64,000 bases of DNA from Desulfobulbaceae bacterium UBA5121 (GCA_002414225.1 DHYV01000016.1:52649-116648); one strand, 5' to 3'. Positions 1 to 9,527 are shown, counted from the first letter of the stretch. Numbers and translations: made by a program. The notes: generated by a model from the letters alone, not told the origin.

Positions 1-620
1 CCCTGTGGATGTCGCCGCTGATGCCAGTGATCTTCATCATGTCGGCGGTGGTCTCCGGTATCGCTCTCTGCATGCTCACCTACATCGTGATCATGGAGTG
101 GAGCAAGCTCCGCCACAAGGGCGAGGCGGCCGAGATCGGTGGAGCCGAAATCGACCTGATCACCAAGACCTCGCGCTACCTGTTGGGCTTTCTGATCGCC
201 GCCATCACGCTGGAGATCCTGGACCTGATCTTCCGCGGCTACACGGCGATGAAATCCTGGGACATCCTGCGCTCGGTGATGTACGGCAAGGATTTCGTCA
301 ACATCTTCGTCCTCCAGTACGGCTGCGGCAATCTGGTGCCCTTCATCCTGTTGCTGATGCCGCGGCTCACCATTCGCCGGGCGGTGGTCGCCCTGGTGCT
401 GGTGCTCTTCGGGGTGTTCATGATGCGTTGGAACGTCGTCATCGGCGGCCAGGCCTTCTCGCTGTCGTTTGCCGGTTACATGCACTACCACCTGCCCGTC
501 ATCCCCCACAACGTCGAAACCTTCAAGGAAGGGCTCGGTGGGGCGCTGCTGGTGGGGATCACCCCCTTCGTGCTCTTCTGGGGCATCAACAAGGTTTTGC
601 CGTCGCTGAAGACCAGCTGA
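1..620 (+). CDS. NrfD/PsrC-family polytopic membrane (quinol-interacting) subunit, C-terminal part; 5' end lies outside the window
   Basis: The frame is open from the window edge (track ORF 9..620). Several hydrophobic helices are present (VIFIMSAVVSGIALCML, LLGFLIAAITLEILDL, VVALVLVLFGVFMMRW, ALLVGITPFVLFWGI). An RWNVVIGGQ-type motif resembles NrfD/PsrC/DmsC anchors. Confidence 0.6.
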   Translation, partial: LWMSPLMPVIFIMSAVVSGIALCMLTYIVIMEWSKLRHKGEAAEIGGAEIDLITKTSRYLLGFLIAAITLEILDLIFRGYTAMKSWDILRSVMYGKDFVNIFVLQYGCGNLVPFILLLMPRLTIRRAVVALVLVLFGVFMMRWNVVIGGQAFSLSFAGYMHYHLPVIPHNVETFKEGLGGALLVGITPFVLFWGINKVLPSLKTS

Positions 621-670
621 TCACCCTTTGCTTTCGATCCCCCGCGGGGTGGCCCCATCAGGCGAAAGCC

Positions 671-692
671 CGGGGCTGCCCCGTTTTTTTTT
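671..692 (+). terminator. Candidate rho-independent terminator after the NrfD-like gene
   Basis: Short GC hairpin CGGGG-CTG-CCCCG (671-683) followed directly by a T9 run (684-692), 50 nt after the stop codon. Confidence 0.45.
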
Positions 693-750
693 GCGCCGCG
701 GCCCGTGACCGGGTAAGAAGGGAGGGCAGACGTTATCAACCGGGGGGGGC

Positions 751-2367
751 ATGAGCACCGCTATCCACAACGAGCGCCGTCGGCTTGAGGCGACCCTTGG
801 CTCGCCGCGGGCCGATTTCATTGCCAAGTTCCTGGCCGTCCGCTCCCTCCACGAACTGTTGCGTGACACGCCCGGGGCCGCCGATGCCGATACCGTGGCC
901 GTGCTCGCCGCCACCCTGGCCGATCCCGGCGTGGCCGCCGAGCGCCAGGGGCTCTTCCTCTTCCGCGAGGCGGCTGCGGGCCTGCGCGTCCTCTTCACCG
1001 TCGCCACCGCCGACCGCTGCCTTGCCGATTCGGCCATGGCCTCCCTCCATCAGGTGTTGCGCCACGCCACCGGCGCGGCCCAGCGGGCCACCGCCGAAAC
1101 CCTGGCCGGCCTGCCGCTTGCCCTTTCGCCGCCGTGCTTCGCGCCACCCGTTGCCGGGCCGCACCCGAGTCGCGGCTGGTCCGAGCTTGTCGACGCCGCC
1201 GGCAGCGGTCCCTGCCGGGAACTGTCCTTTGTCGGCCGCAGCCTGGTGGGGCGGTTGGCCAGCGGCGAGCTGCTGGTGGTGAAACTCGCCCGTCCCGGTG
1301 ACCGGCCCGCCGAACTCGCCCGGGAGCCGGCCTGGCTCGCCCATCTGGCGGCCGCCGATCTCACCCTGCCCCCGGGCTTTGCCCTGCCGTCCCCCCTGGG
1401 CCGGGACCACCGTTTTGCTTTTAGGCTCCGCGATCTTCCCCTGGCCCCGCCTGCGGACCTTGCCCTCCACCCCCAGCGCTTCGCCGTGGCCTTTGTCGCC
1501 CCGGCCGACTACTACCGCTATCCCAACGAGCCGGAAAACGGCTTGGCCGGCGACCGCCTCGTTACCCTGCTGGCCGGCAACGCCCGGCTCCTGGGGGAAC
1601 TGGCCGGCCAGGGCATCCTGCACGAGGCGGTGATCCCTCTTTTTCACAACCGGGTGCAGCGCGAGCGCCGCGTTGACGGCGGCGTCTACAACTGGGTGCT
1701 CGCCGGCCGCCTCGACCGCTGGCTCGATTCCTGCCGCCACCCCAACTTCGGTATTTCTGGGCTGCGCGACTTCGAACACCTCGTCCCGTTGACGCCGCGC
1801 ACCGACCTCTACCGGGAGCTGGGGGCTCATTTTCTAAGCCTGCTGCTGGTGGCGGCGAGTGTCTTTCGCAATCGCGCCCCCGGGCTCCGGGGGACTGCTG
1901 CCAACGGTGCGCCGGTGGACGCCCGCCATCTCTTCGACGCGCCACTGCTGGCCCGGATCATCGAGGCGGTTTACCGCCATTACCACCAGGGATTCGCCGG
2001 CGTGCCGGCCCCGGCCGCGCTCCCCTTTGATCTCGCGCGTCTCTGCGCCAGGATGATCGACGAGATGGGGGTGGACCGCCACATGGAGGAGGTGCTGCGC
2101 ATCGCCGACCAGCAGGCCATGGACGATGCGGCCTTTGCCGACTTTCTCCGCTCCCGGGGATTTCCCGCCCGGCAGGTGGCGCGCTGCGTACGCGGCCGCG
2201 CGGAGATCCTCCTTGCCACCGGTCCCCACCTGGGCGGGTTCAACCAGGCCATCTCGCTGCCCGAACTGGTGGCGGCGGTGGGCGGCATGGCCGCCATGTG
2301 CGTGCTTGGCCGTTACCGGGCCGAACAGGGGGCGGCGGCTTCGTTGCGGGAGCAGGCGCGACGCTGA
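751..2367 (+). CDS. Hypothetical 538-aa protein with protein-kinase-like motif order (possible SidJ-related pseudokinase-type fold)
   Basis: Long ORF in a coding-like frame, with a G8 tract immediately upstream of the ATG. Ordered motifs: GRSLVGR...LLVVKLARPGD (Gly-rich loop plus VAIK-like Lys), ELAREPAWL (alphaC-like Glu), ILHEAVIPLFHNR, and NFGISGLRDFEHL (DFG-like DFE). The N-terminal region is Ala-rich and helical. I do not recognise a named family with certainty. Confidence 0.55.
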   Translation: MSTAIHNERRRLEATLGSPRADFIAKFLAVRSLHELLRDTPGAADADTVAVLAATLADPGVAAERQGLFLFREAAAGLRVLFTVATADRCLADSAMASLHQVLRHATGAAQRATAETLAGLPLALSPPCFAPPVAGPHPSRGWSELVDAAGSGPCRELSFVGRSLVGRLASGELLVVKLARPGDRPAELAREPAWLAHLAAADLTLPPGFALPSPLGRDHRFAFRLRDLPLAPPADLALHPQRFAVAFVAPADYYRYPNEPENGLAGDRLVTLLAGNARLLGELAGQGILHEAVIPLFHNRVQRERRVDGGVYNWVLAGRLDRWLDSCRHPNFGISGLRDFEHLVPLTPRTDLYRELGAHFLSLLLVAASVFRNRAPGLRGTAANGAPVDARHLFDAPLLARIIEAVYRHYHQGFAGVPAPAALPFDLARLCARMIDEMGVDRHMEEVLRIADQQAMDDAAFADFLRSRGFPARQVARCVRGRAEILLATGPHLGGFNQAISLPELVAAVGGMAAMCVLGRYRAEQGAAASLREQARR

Positions 2368-2441
2368 GGCGCACGCCTTTGGCGCTGCCGGCCGTTTCCT
2401 GATATACTGGGTGCCACCTGTACGCAACATGGGAGAGCGAA

Positions 2442-2744
2442 ATGACGGATTCGACGGAACCCGAAGCGGTGCCGCTGGTTATCGACGGGGTGCTTGACCT
2501 GCACGCCTTTCGGCCTGGCGAGGTGAAGGATCTGGTGGCCGATTATCTCGGGGAGTGCCGGGGGCGGGGAATCCTTGCGCTGCGGATCATCCACGGCAAG
2601 GGCAGTGGCGCCCTGCGGCGTACCGTCCACGCCGTGCTGGCCCGCGACCCGCGGGTTGCCACCTTCCGTCTGGCCAATGAGACGGCCGGCGGCTGGGGCG
2701 CCACCCTGGTGGATCTGCGGCCACCCGGTGATAGGCGGTGGTAA
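2442..2744 (+). CDS. Smr domain-containing protein
   Basis: 100-aa protein with VLDLHAFRPGE...LRIIHGKGSGALRRTVHAVL, the typical Smr (MutS2 C-terminal-like) core. A GGGAGAG Shine-Dalgarno sequence precedes the ATG. Confidence 0.75.
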   Translation: MTDSTEPEAVPLVIDGVLDLHAFRPGEVKDLVADYLGECRGRGILALRIIHGKGSGALRRTVHAVLARDPRVATFRLANETAGGWGATLVDLRPPGDRRW

Positions 2745-2758
2745 TCGGTCACGGCAAG

Positions 2759-3739
2759 ATGCGGGCGGTGGTGCTTGAGGGCGGCGCCCCGGTGGTCCGC
2801 GACGACTATCCCCGTCCCGACCCGGGTCCGGGCGAGGCGTTGGTGCGGGTGCGGCTCGCCGGCGTCTGCGCCACCGACCTCGAACTCCTCAAGGGCTACC
2901 GGGACTTCCACGGCGTTATGGGCCACGAGTTCGTCGGCGTGGTGACGGCGGTCCACGATGCCGGTGATACCCCCTGGCTGGGCTGCCGGGTGGTGGGCGA
3001 GATCAATATCGGCTGCGGCCGCTGCGATCGCTGTGGCGCCGGGCTTGGCAACCACTGCGGCGCCCGGCGGGTGGTGGGTATCCACCAACGGGACGGCGCC
3101 TTTGCCGACTATCTGGTCCTGCCGGTGGCAAACCTCCACAGGGTGCCCGAGCCGCTGCCCGATGGGGCGGCGGTGTTCGTCGAGCCCCTGGCCGCGGCCT
3201 TCGCGGTCCTCGATCAGGTGGCGGTGGTGCCGGGCATGCCGGTTCTGGTGCTGGGGGCGGGCCGCCTGGGGCTCCTGGTGGCCCAGGTGCTCGCCTCGGC
3301 CGGCGCCACGGTCACCGTTGCCTGTCGCCGGCCGGAGCAGAGTGCCCTGGTGGCGGGCCTGGGGCTCGTACCACGGACGGTGGCCGAACTGGGCGTCACC
3401 CCTCGTTTCCCGCTGGTGGTGGAGGCCACCGGCGCGCCGGCGGGCTTACGGCTCGCCCTGGCCCAGGTTCTGCCGCGCGGCACGGTGGTGCTCAAGAGCA
3501 CCCTGGCCCATCCCGCACCGCTTGACCTTACGCCCGCGGTGGTCAACGAGGTCACCCTGAAGGGCTCCCGCTGCGGCCCCTTCGGGCCGGCCCTGGCCGC
3601 CCTGGCCGCCGGCAGGATTTCCGTGGCGCCGCTGGTGAGTGCCACCTTCCCCCTTGACCGGGCGGCCGAAGCCCTGGCCCTGGCCGCCACCCCGGGCACC
3701 CTCAAGGTGCTCCTGGACCCCGCCGGGACAGGCGGATGA
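2759..3739 (+). CDS. Zn-dependent alcohol/threonine dehydrogenase-like oxidoreductase (MDR family)
   Basis: MRAVVLEG...GVCATDLELLKGY...GHEFVGVV (catalytic Zn site), GCGRCDRCGAGLGNHC (structural Zn Cys cluster) and VLVLGAGRLG (Rossmann motif). An alternative GTG start at 2738 overlaps the Smr stop codon. Confidence 0.8.
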   Translation: MRAVVLEGGAPVVRDDYPRPDPGPGEALVRVRLAGVCATDLELLKGYRDFHGVMGHEFVGVVTAVHDAGDTPWLGCRVVGEINIGCGRCDRCGAGLGNHCGARRVVGIHQRDGAFADYLVLPVANLHRVPEPLPDGAAVFVEPLAAAFAVLDQVAVVPGMPVLVLGAGRLGLLVAQVLASAGATVTVACRRPEQSALVAGLGLVPRTVAELGVTPRFPLVVEATGAPAGLRLALAQVLPRGTVVLKSTLAHPAPLDLTPAVVNEVTLKGSRCGPFGPALAALAAGRISVAPLVSATFPLDRAAEALALAATPGTLKVLLDPAGTGG

Positions 3740-3762
3740 GCCGTAACTGCTGCCGTTGACCC

Positions 3763-5442
3763 ATGCGATTCCCTTTTTTCTTCATCGTCCTTTTTTTTCT
3801 GCTGTCGGCGGCCCCCGGCGTCCTGGCGTCCCCGGCCGCCGGGATACCGGGGACGGGGCTCGATCCGGCCGCGGCATCCCTGTCGGCGAGCGCCTTGACC
3901 GTCGAGGCCGAGAAGGCCAACGCCAACGGCGAGTACGGGCTGGCCGCCCAGGCCGCGGCCGAGGCCCTGGCTCTGGTCCCGACTCTTGCCCGGGCCCATC
4001 TCGAAGAGGGACGGGCGCTGCTCGCCCTGGATCGACTGGACGAGGCACGGGCCGCGCTGGCGCGTGCCCTGGCCATCGACCCCGGCCTCTACCAGGCCCT
4101 CTTCTGGCGGGGCACCGTGTCGCTGCGCGAGGGCCACAACGAGGAGGCCCTTGCCGACTGGCGGCAGGTGGTGCGGATCGCCCCGGACTTTGTTCAGGCC
4201 CAACTGGCCCTGGCCGGGCTCCTGGCGAGCCGGGGCGAGCTGGACGGCGCCCTGGTCGCCTACACCGAAGCCCTGGCCAGGGGCGCCGAAGGAGCCCAGG
4301 AAACCCGGGCCCTGCTGGGACGGGCAAGTCTGCTGGCCCGGCAGGGCCGTTATCTGCCGGCTCTGGTCGATCTGAACCGGCTTCTGGTTTTAGACCCAGG
4401 CTCGGCCGGTGGTCTGGCGGTGCGGGCCGCGGTCCGCCACGCCCGGGGAGACGAGAACGGCGCCCTGGCCGACTGCCGTCGCGCCCTGGCCCTTGGCCCG
4501 GAGCAGGAGGCCAGGGTGCACCGGCTGCGGGGCGAGATCCTCTTCAAGCGGCAGCGCTTTGCCGCGGCCCTGGCGGATCTGGATGCGGCCATTGCCGAAG
4601 GCGACAACGATGCCACGACCTTTCTCCTTCGGGGCCGCATCCACCTCCAGGCCGGTCGGCTCGATCTCGCCCGCCAGGATCTGGACCGGGCCGTGGCCGG
4701 TGATCCGAAACTGGCTGACGCCTATTTCTTTCGGGGTCGGATGTGGGAGCAGCGGCTCCAGTACCAGCAGGCCGTCGCCGACTACCGGCAGCTGGTGGCC
4801 CTCGATCCCGCCGCCTGTGAAGGCTGGAACAACCTGGGCTGGGCAGAGCTGCAAGGCGGGGCCTTTCTGAAGGCCGACCAGGCCCTCTCCCGGGCCATTA
4901 CCTGTAATCCCCGCCACCCCCGGGCCTATTTCAACCGGGGCCTAGCCAGGTTGCAGCTCCAGGACTATGACGGGGTCATCGCCGATTTCACCAGCGAACT
5001 CGCCCTTCATCCCGACTCGGCCGCGGCCTTCTACTGGCGGGGGGTGGCCCGGGCCGGCAAGGGCGACTACGGCGAGGCGGTGGCCGACTTCGGTCGTGCC
5101 ATCGCCCTGGCGCCCGGGGCACCGGAGGCCCTGCTCGCCCGGGGGGATTCGTTGGTCGCCCTGGGCCGTGATCAGGAGGCCCTGGCCGACTTCAACGCCG
5201 CCGTCAAGCTCGAACCCGACTCGACCGAGGCCCTGTTGCGGCGCGGGGCGGCAAGGCTGCGGCTGGGGGACGAGGCCGGAGCGTTCGCCGATGTCAACGT
5301 TGTCATTGCCCGGGCTCCGACCACGGTCCGGGCCTATGCCATCCGCCGGGAGATCTACCAGCGCCGCGGCGAAACTGATAAGGCGGCCGCCGACGCCGAG
5401 ATGCTCCGCCAGCTCGCCGAAGTGGCGGGGGAGAGGTACTGA
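3763..5442 (+). CDS. Secreted tetratricopeptide (TPR) repeat protein
   Basis: Signal peptide MRFPFFFIVLFFLLSAAPGVLASPA. It is followed by more than 10 repeats of about 34 aa with the A..Y..AL.L.P......RG TPR pattern (for example AYFNRGLARLQLQDYDGVIADFTSELALHPD). Confidence 0.8.
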   Translation: MRFPFFFIVLFFLLSAAPGVLASPAAGIPGTGLDPAAASLSASALTVEAEKANANGEYGLAAQAAAEALALVPTLARAHLEEGRALLALDRLDEARAALARALAIDPGLYQALFWRGTVSLREGHNEEALADWRQVVRIAPDFVQAQLALAGLLASRGELDGALVAYTEALARGAEGAQETRALLGRASLLARQGRYLPALVDLNRLLVLDPGSAGGLAVRAAVRHARGDENGALADCRRALALGPEQEARVHRLRGEILFKRQRFAAALADLDAAIAEGDNDATTFLLRGRIHLQAGRLDLARQDLDRAVAGDPKLADAYFFRGRMWEQRLQYQQAVADYRQLVALDPAACEGWNNLGWAELQGGAFLKADQALSRAITCNPRHPRAYFNRGLARLQLQDYDGVIADFTSELALHPDSAAAFYWRGVARAGKGDYGEAVADFGRAIALAPGAPEALLARGDSLVALGRDQEALADFNAAVKLEPDSTEALLRRGAARLRLGDEAGAFADVNVVIARAPTTVRAYAIRREIYQRRGETDKAAADAEMLRQLAEVAGERY

Positions 5443-5542
5443 GTGGTCGGTGAATGGCTGGCGGCGACGCGCTGCCGGCAATCTTGGCTGTTGGCGGTCG
5501 GCCACCGTGACCGCCGGAAACATAACCTTTGGGGAAGAACCG

Positions 5543-6139
5543 ATGAACATCGTCTGTCTATTGGGCAGCCCGCGGCCTAGCGGCAATTCCGCCACCCTGG
5601 CCAAGCGTTTTCTCGACACCGCCGCCGGCCTGGGCGGCCGGGTCCGCACCTTTCACCTCAACCAGCTCGCCTACCGGGGCTGTCAGGCCTGCTATGCCTG
5701 CAAGCAGAAGCTCGACCGCTGCATCCTCGAAGACGATCTCACCGAGGTGCTGGCCGCGGTGGTCGAGGCCGAGGTCCTGGTCACCGCCACCCCCGTTTAC
5801 TTCGGCGAGGTGTCAAGCCAGCTCAAGGGCTTCATCGACCGGACCTTTTCCTACCTCAAGCCCGACTACCTCACCAATCCCAACCCTTGCCGGCTCGGCC
5901 CGGGCAAGCAGTGGGTCTTTATCGCCAGCCAGGGCCATAACGACCCGGACGTCTTTGCCGACGTCTACCCCCGTTACGCCTACTTCTTCAAGTGGTTCGG
6001 TTTTGGCGCCACCCACGCGATCCGGGCCTGCGGGGTCCGGCAGGCCGGCGAGGTGGCGGAACGGCCCGAGGCCATGGCCCGGGCCGAGGAGGTGGCACGT
6101 TTGGTGATGGGGAACAAACAGCGGCTGGAGGAGGGGTGA
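5543..6139 (+). CDS. Flavodoxin-like fold / NADPH-dependent FMN reductase family protein
   Basis: MNIVCLLGSPRPSGNSATLAKRF (FMN phosphate-binding loop of the NADPH-FMN reductase / iron-sulfur flavoprotein family) and TPVYFGEVSSQLKGFIDR. The upstream part of track ORF 4967..6139 overlaps the TPR gene out of frame and is rejected. Confidence 0.7.
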   Translation: MNIVCLLGSPRPSGNSATLAKRFLDTAAGLGGRVRTFHLNQLAYRGCQACYACKQKLDRCILEDDLTEVLAAVVEAEVLVTATPVYFGEVSSQLKGFIDRTFSYLKPDYLTNPNPCRLGPGKQWVFIASQGHNDPDVFADVYPRYAYFFKWFGFGATHAIRACGVRQAGEVAERPEAMARAEEVARLVMGNKQRLEEG

Positions 6140-6141
6140 AG

Positions 6142-6402
6142 ATGGAAGAAGTGACGGTTACCGTGACGGGGGTTCCCCTTGCTTTCGAATCCGCCCGCGC
6201 CATCGCCCGGCTCCTCGCGGCCCGGGACGAGCCCGAAACCATGCTGGTGGCCTGGTGCGACCGCGAGCAGGGCAAGCACTCGCCAAGCTGCGTCAAGTGC
6301 GAGATCCACGGCGCGCCGGGCTGGGAGGTCTATGGCCGCAACCACGGCGGCCGGCTGCGGATTGCGCTGAACAACGGCGCGTTCGTCTTCATCCACACCT
6401 GA
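6142..6402 (+). CDS. Small conserved-looking hypothetical protein (86 aa)
   Basis: The ATG lies 3 nt after the previous stop, preceded by GGAGGAGGGG. The sequence MEEVTVTVTGVPLAFES...CVKCEIHGAPGWEVYG...GAFVFIHT has a non-biased, beta-rich composition. No family was recognised. Confidence 0.45.
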   Translation: MEEVTVTVTGVPLAFESARAIARLLAARDEPETMLVAWCDREQGKHSPSCVKCEIHGAPGWEVYGRNHGGRLRIALNNGAFVFIHT

Positions 6403-6449
6403 GACGACGGAAACGGCCCTCTGGCCCGCCGGAGTCTTCCGGTGGCCGC

Positions 6450-7307
6450 TTACCTGCCACCTCCGGCGAGCAGCCGTTTGATCCGTTCCTCGATGGGAGG
6501 ATGGGTGCTGAACAGGTTGGCCACCGCGCCGGCGGCGAGTGGGTTGACGATGTACATCTGGGCCGTGGCCGGATTGACCGACATGGGCAGCCGGTGGTTG
6601 TAGTCGGAAAGCCGGGCCAGGGCGTTGGCGAGCCCCTGGCCGTGGCCGCAGATGGCCGCCCCGGTGGCGTCGGCCAGGTACTCGCGGCTCCGGGAGATGG
6701 CCATCTGGATCAGGGTCGCGGCGAGCGGGGCGACGATCATCATCACCAGCGAGCCCACCATCCCGCCGAGATCCCCCCCTTCCTCGTCGTTGCGGTTCAC
6801 GCCGCCGAAGAGCATCCCCCACTGCGCCATGGTGGCGAGGGTGCTGATGGCCCCGGCCATCACCGCGGCCACCGAACTCACCAGGATGTCGCGATTCTTG
6901 ATGTGGGCGAGTTCGTGGGCCAGCACGCCTTCGAGTTCCTCGGGCCGCAGCAGTTCGAGCAGCCCGCGGGTTACCGCCACCGCCGCGTGTTCGGGATCGC
7001 GGCCGGTGGCAAAGGCGTTGGGGGTATGGCTCTCGATGAGGTAGAGCCGCGGCATGGGGAGCCCCACCCGCTGGACGAGCCCGGCCATCGCCATGTGCAG
7101 CTGCGGCGCCTCGTGGGGCGAAACCTCGCGGGCTCCGGCCATGGTCAGCGCGAGCCGGTCGCTGAACCAGTAAGCCGAAAAGTTCATCGCCGCGGCGAGG
7201 CCCAGGGCGAGAACCAGGCCCTGTCTGCCGCCCAGGGCCTGGCCGGCCACCATGAACAGGGCGGTGAGGGCCGCCATCAGGAGAAAGGTCTTGATCGAGT
7301 TGGTCAT
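6450..7307 (-). CDS. htpX: Zinc metalloprotease HtpX (peptidase M48)
   Basis: MTNSIKTFLLMAALTALFMVAG..., the HELAHIKNRD zinc motif (HExxH), four TM segments and the C-terminal STHPPIEERI motif. The 250-codon upstream extension of track ORF 6450..8057 is Arg/Pro/Gly junk and is rejected. Confidence 0.9.
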   Translation of the reverse strand: MTNSIKTFLLMAALTALFMVAGQALGGRQGLVLALGLAAAMNFSAYWFSDRLALTMAGAREVSPHEAPQLHMAMAGLVQRVGLPMPRLYLIESHTPNAFATGRDPEHAAVAVTRGLLELLRPEELEGVLAHELAHIKNRDILVSSVAAVMAGAISTLATMAQWGMLFGGVNRNDEEGGDLGGMVGSLVMMIVAPLAATLIQMAISRSREYLADATGAAICGHGQGLANALARLSDYNHRLPMSVNPATAQMYIVNPLAAGAVANLFSTHPPIEERIKRLLAGGGR

Positions 7308-7432
7308 TGCAGTGGTTTCCTTGATTGGGAAGTTGGCACCAGTGTGATGGTGGTTGCAGATTGAAACAATAAGGACGGTCGCGGGGCTGTCAAGAGCGCG
7401 GTGAAAATGGTCCGGTGTTACCCCGGCAACCG

Positions 7433-8014
7433 CTAACGGCCGCCGGCCAGTGCCCGGTTGAGTGCCCGGCGGAAGAGGATGCGGCGGGCCGGCCACGGCG
7501 TGGCGGCCCAGGACCGTGTCTCGCCGCCGGCTCTCTCCGTGAGCCGGAAGAGCCGGAAGCCGTTTTCGGTGCGGATCACCGGGCTCACCGTGTCGAGGGC
7601 GAGTTCGGCGAGCAGCCGGTCCTCTTCTTCGGCCGGGTCGAGGAAGCGGCGGCCCATGGTGCCGCCGTACTCGCGGCTGCCGCCCTGGGAGAGTTCGGCC
7701 GCCACCGCTGCGAATCCCTCGCCGGCGAGCAGCCGCTGCCGGGCCTCGGCACAGAGCCGCCGCTGGTCGAGCCACACCGATGGCGGGTCCAGGGGGTGGG
7801 CGAAACGGAAGATGGTCCGTCCCTCGACCCGGAGCGGCTCGCGCTGCGGTGTGGCGGCCAGGCGGGCCAGCAGGCCGGGGAGGGTCCGGCGGCGTGCCGC
7901 CTCGAACTCCTGCCACCGCTCGGCGAGCCGCTGGTCCAGGTCGGCAAAGGGAGGCCAGGGTCTGAACCAGGGGCCGGCAGCGGCCTTGCCGACGATGGCC
8001 TTGAGCCGCGCCAC
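7433..8014 (-). CDS. Parvulin (PpiC)-like peptidyl-prolyl isomerase domain protein
   Basis: C-terminal segment FAAVAAELSQGGSREYGGTMGRRFL...VSPVIRTENGFRLFRL resembles the PpiC/SurA rotamase signature. Confidence 0.5.
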   Translation of the reverse strand: MARLKAIVGKAAAGPWFRPWPPFADLDQRLAERWQEFEAARRRTLPGLLARLAATPQREPLRVEGRTIFRFAHPLDPPSVWLDQRRLCAEARQRLLAGEGFAAVAAELSQGGSREYGGTMGRRFLDPAEEEDRLLAELALDTVSPVIRTENGFRLFRLTERAGGETRSWAATPWPARRILFRRALNRALAGGR

Positions 8015-8062
8015 CGGCGCGGCCAGCGCGCTCCGGGTTTCCCCGGCCGCGGTGCAACTCGG

Positions 8063-9277
8063 TCAGACCGGCGCCGGCCGGGGCCGCCGCGGCCCCATGG
8101 CCGAGCGCAGGGCCGCGAAATAGGGGCCAGGCCCCTGGGGCTTGGCCAGCAGGTGGCCGAGACTGAACAGGCTCACCCCGTCCAGGCCAAGCTCGGCGGC
8201 CATGGCCGCCTCGGCGCCGATCCCGGCCGGCTTCTTGAGGTAGGCTCCAAGGCCCGCCCAGAGGCGGACCGGGTTGTCCGGCCGCAGGGTTAGTGCCAGG
8301 TCGCGGAGCTGACCGCCCACCCGGTCGAGGCCGCCGAAGTAGGTCATGGGGTAGAGGGCGTCGATGATCCCGTCTTCGCTCCAGTCGAGCCAGTCCTGGC
8401 CGTTGTTGCGATAGGCCCTGGCGCGGTCGGCGAGTACGGCCGCCGAGAGGGTGAGCGGCCGGCCCGTCCCGGCCAGCGCCTCGTGCACCGCCCGCACCAG
8501 ATCGGTCACGGCCTGAGCCCGGGCCGCGGCCCAGAGGAGGCCCGCGGTGGTGAGCACCCGGTCGCCCGGTTCCATGTCACCGGCAAGCCAGGAGGTGAGG
8601 TCCGCGGTGAGGAGCGGGGTGGGGATCAGCCGCGGGTCGAGGCCCCACTGCTCGCGGAACCTGGCGCCGAGCACGCCGCTCTGGCCAAAGCCCGGTCCCG
8701 GGTAGCGGACGAAGTCGAGGTGGATGCCGGCCACCGGGTAGCGGTCCACCAGTTCCTCGACCACCCGGACGAAGAGGCGGCGGTACTCTTCCGAGGCCGG
8801 ATCGGCGTAGATACCCTCCACCCAGGCCCGTGCCCGCTCCTCGCCCGAGTAGTCGGTGAGCGGCCGGCCGTCGTCGTCGCGGAGCACCGCCTGGGGCATG
8901 AGGTTTACGGGATGGCGGGGGGAGGCGGGCCGCGTGGTGTCGCCCCAGAGGAAGAAGACGTTGAGCCAGGCCTGGACCGGGACCGGCGCGCAGGCGGTGA
9001 GGGTGGCGGCCAGCGGATCGAAATCCGGCGCCACCGCGGCCGGCGGCTCCGGCCGGGGGGCGATGTCGCTCCGGTAGAAGGCGTCACCACGGCCCCGGGC
9101 CTGGACCAGCAGGGTATCGAGTTTCGCCGCCCTGGCCGCCTGGCAGGCGGCGGTCACCTCGGCCGGGTTTTCGATGTCGTAGCGCACCAGCCAGGCCGAG
9201 GTCTGCGGCCGGGGCGCGCAGCCGGCGAGCAGGGCCAGGATGAGGAAGACTTGCAGGCAACGGGCTAATCGGATCAT
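8063..9277 (-). CDS. Lipoprotein with glycoside-hydrolase-like GHL10 (DUF187/YngK-type) domain
   Basis: MIRLARCLQVFLILALLAGC lipobox, TLLVQARGRGDAFYRS, AWLNVFFLW and GIHLDFVRYPG motifs typical of GHL10. The upstream part of the track ORF (to 9490) was not used. Confidence 0.6.
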   Translation of the reverse strand: MIRLARCLQVFLILALLAGCAPRPQTSAWLVRYDIENPAEVTAACQAARAAKLDTLLVQARGRGDAFYRSDIAPRPEPPAAVAPDFDPLAATLTACAPVPVQAWLNVFFLWGDTTRPASPRHPVNLMPQAVLRDDDGRPLTDYSGEERARAWVEGIYADPASEEYRRLFVRVVEELVDRYPVAGIHLDFVRYPGPGFGQSGVLGARFREQWGLDPRLIPTPLLTADLTSWLAGDMEPGDRVLTTAGLLWAAARAQAVTDLVRAVHEALAGTGRPLTLSAAVLADRARAYRNNGQDWLDWSEDGIIDALYPMTYFGGLDRVGGQLRDLALTLRPDNPVRLWAGLGAYLKKPAGIGAEAAMAAELGLDGVSLFSLGHLLAKPQGPGPYFAALRSAMGPRRPRPAPV

Positions 9278-9527
9278 GGCAGGGGGGCGGCGACCGGCCG
9301 GGGTTGACCGTTGCAGGCGCCGATGGTATATTCGCGGCTGTTTTTGTCCGAGAATCCAGGCGCCGGAATGACTGATTTGAACGCCTTTCCCTGGGTTCTG
9401 GCTCCCGGCCCCGGCTTCCTTATGAAGGGAACGCGGCCACGCAGAGCGCCGGGCTTCGCAAGTTGCGCTCCCGCCAGGGGCCGTTGTCAATTGAGACTCA
9501 CTATACCACCGGGGCAGCAGATCCGAG

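Noticed and set aside
736-1830. 364-aa minus-strand ORF, and several Pro/Arg-rich plus-strand ORFs (785..1282, 1298..1633), overlapping the 751..2367 gene.
   Set aside because: Low-complexity Gly/Arg/Pro/Ala composition and no motifs. The 538-aa frame is the only one with a protein-like sequence across the whole interval.
3756-4703. 315-aa plus-strand ORF (+1 frame relative to the TPR gene), extremely Gly/Arg/Pro-rich.
   Set aside because: It overlaps the TPR gene out of frame. The TPR frame shows regular 34-aa repeats and a signal peptide, while this frame is low-complexity.
7308-8057. A 250-codon N-terminal extension of the HtpX ORF (track ORF 6450..8057). Similar upstream extensions occur in ORFs 4967..6139, 10509..11654, 11180..13321, 37840..38943 and 49630..50712.
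   Set aside because: The extensions are compositionally junk and overlap neighbouring real genes. In each case they precede an internal Met with a Shine-Dalgarno sequence and the canonical family N-terminus.
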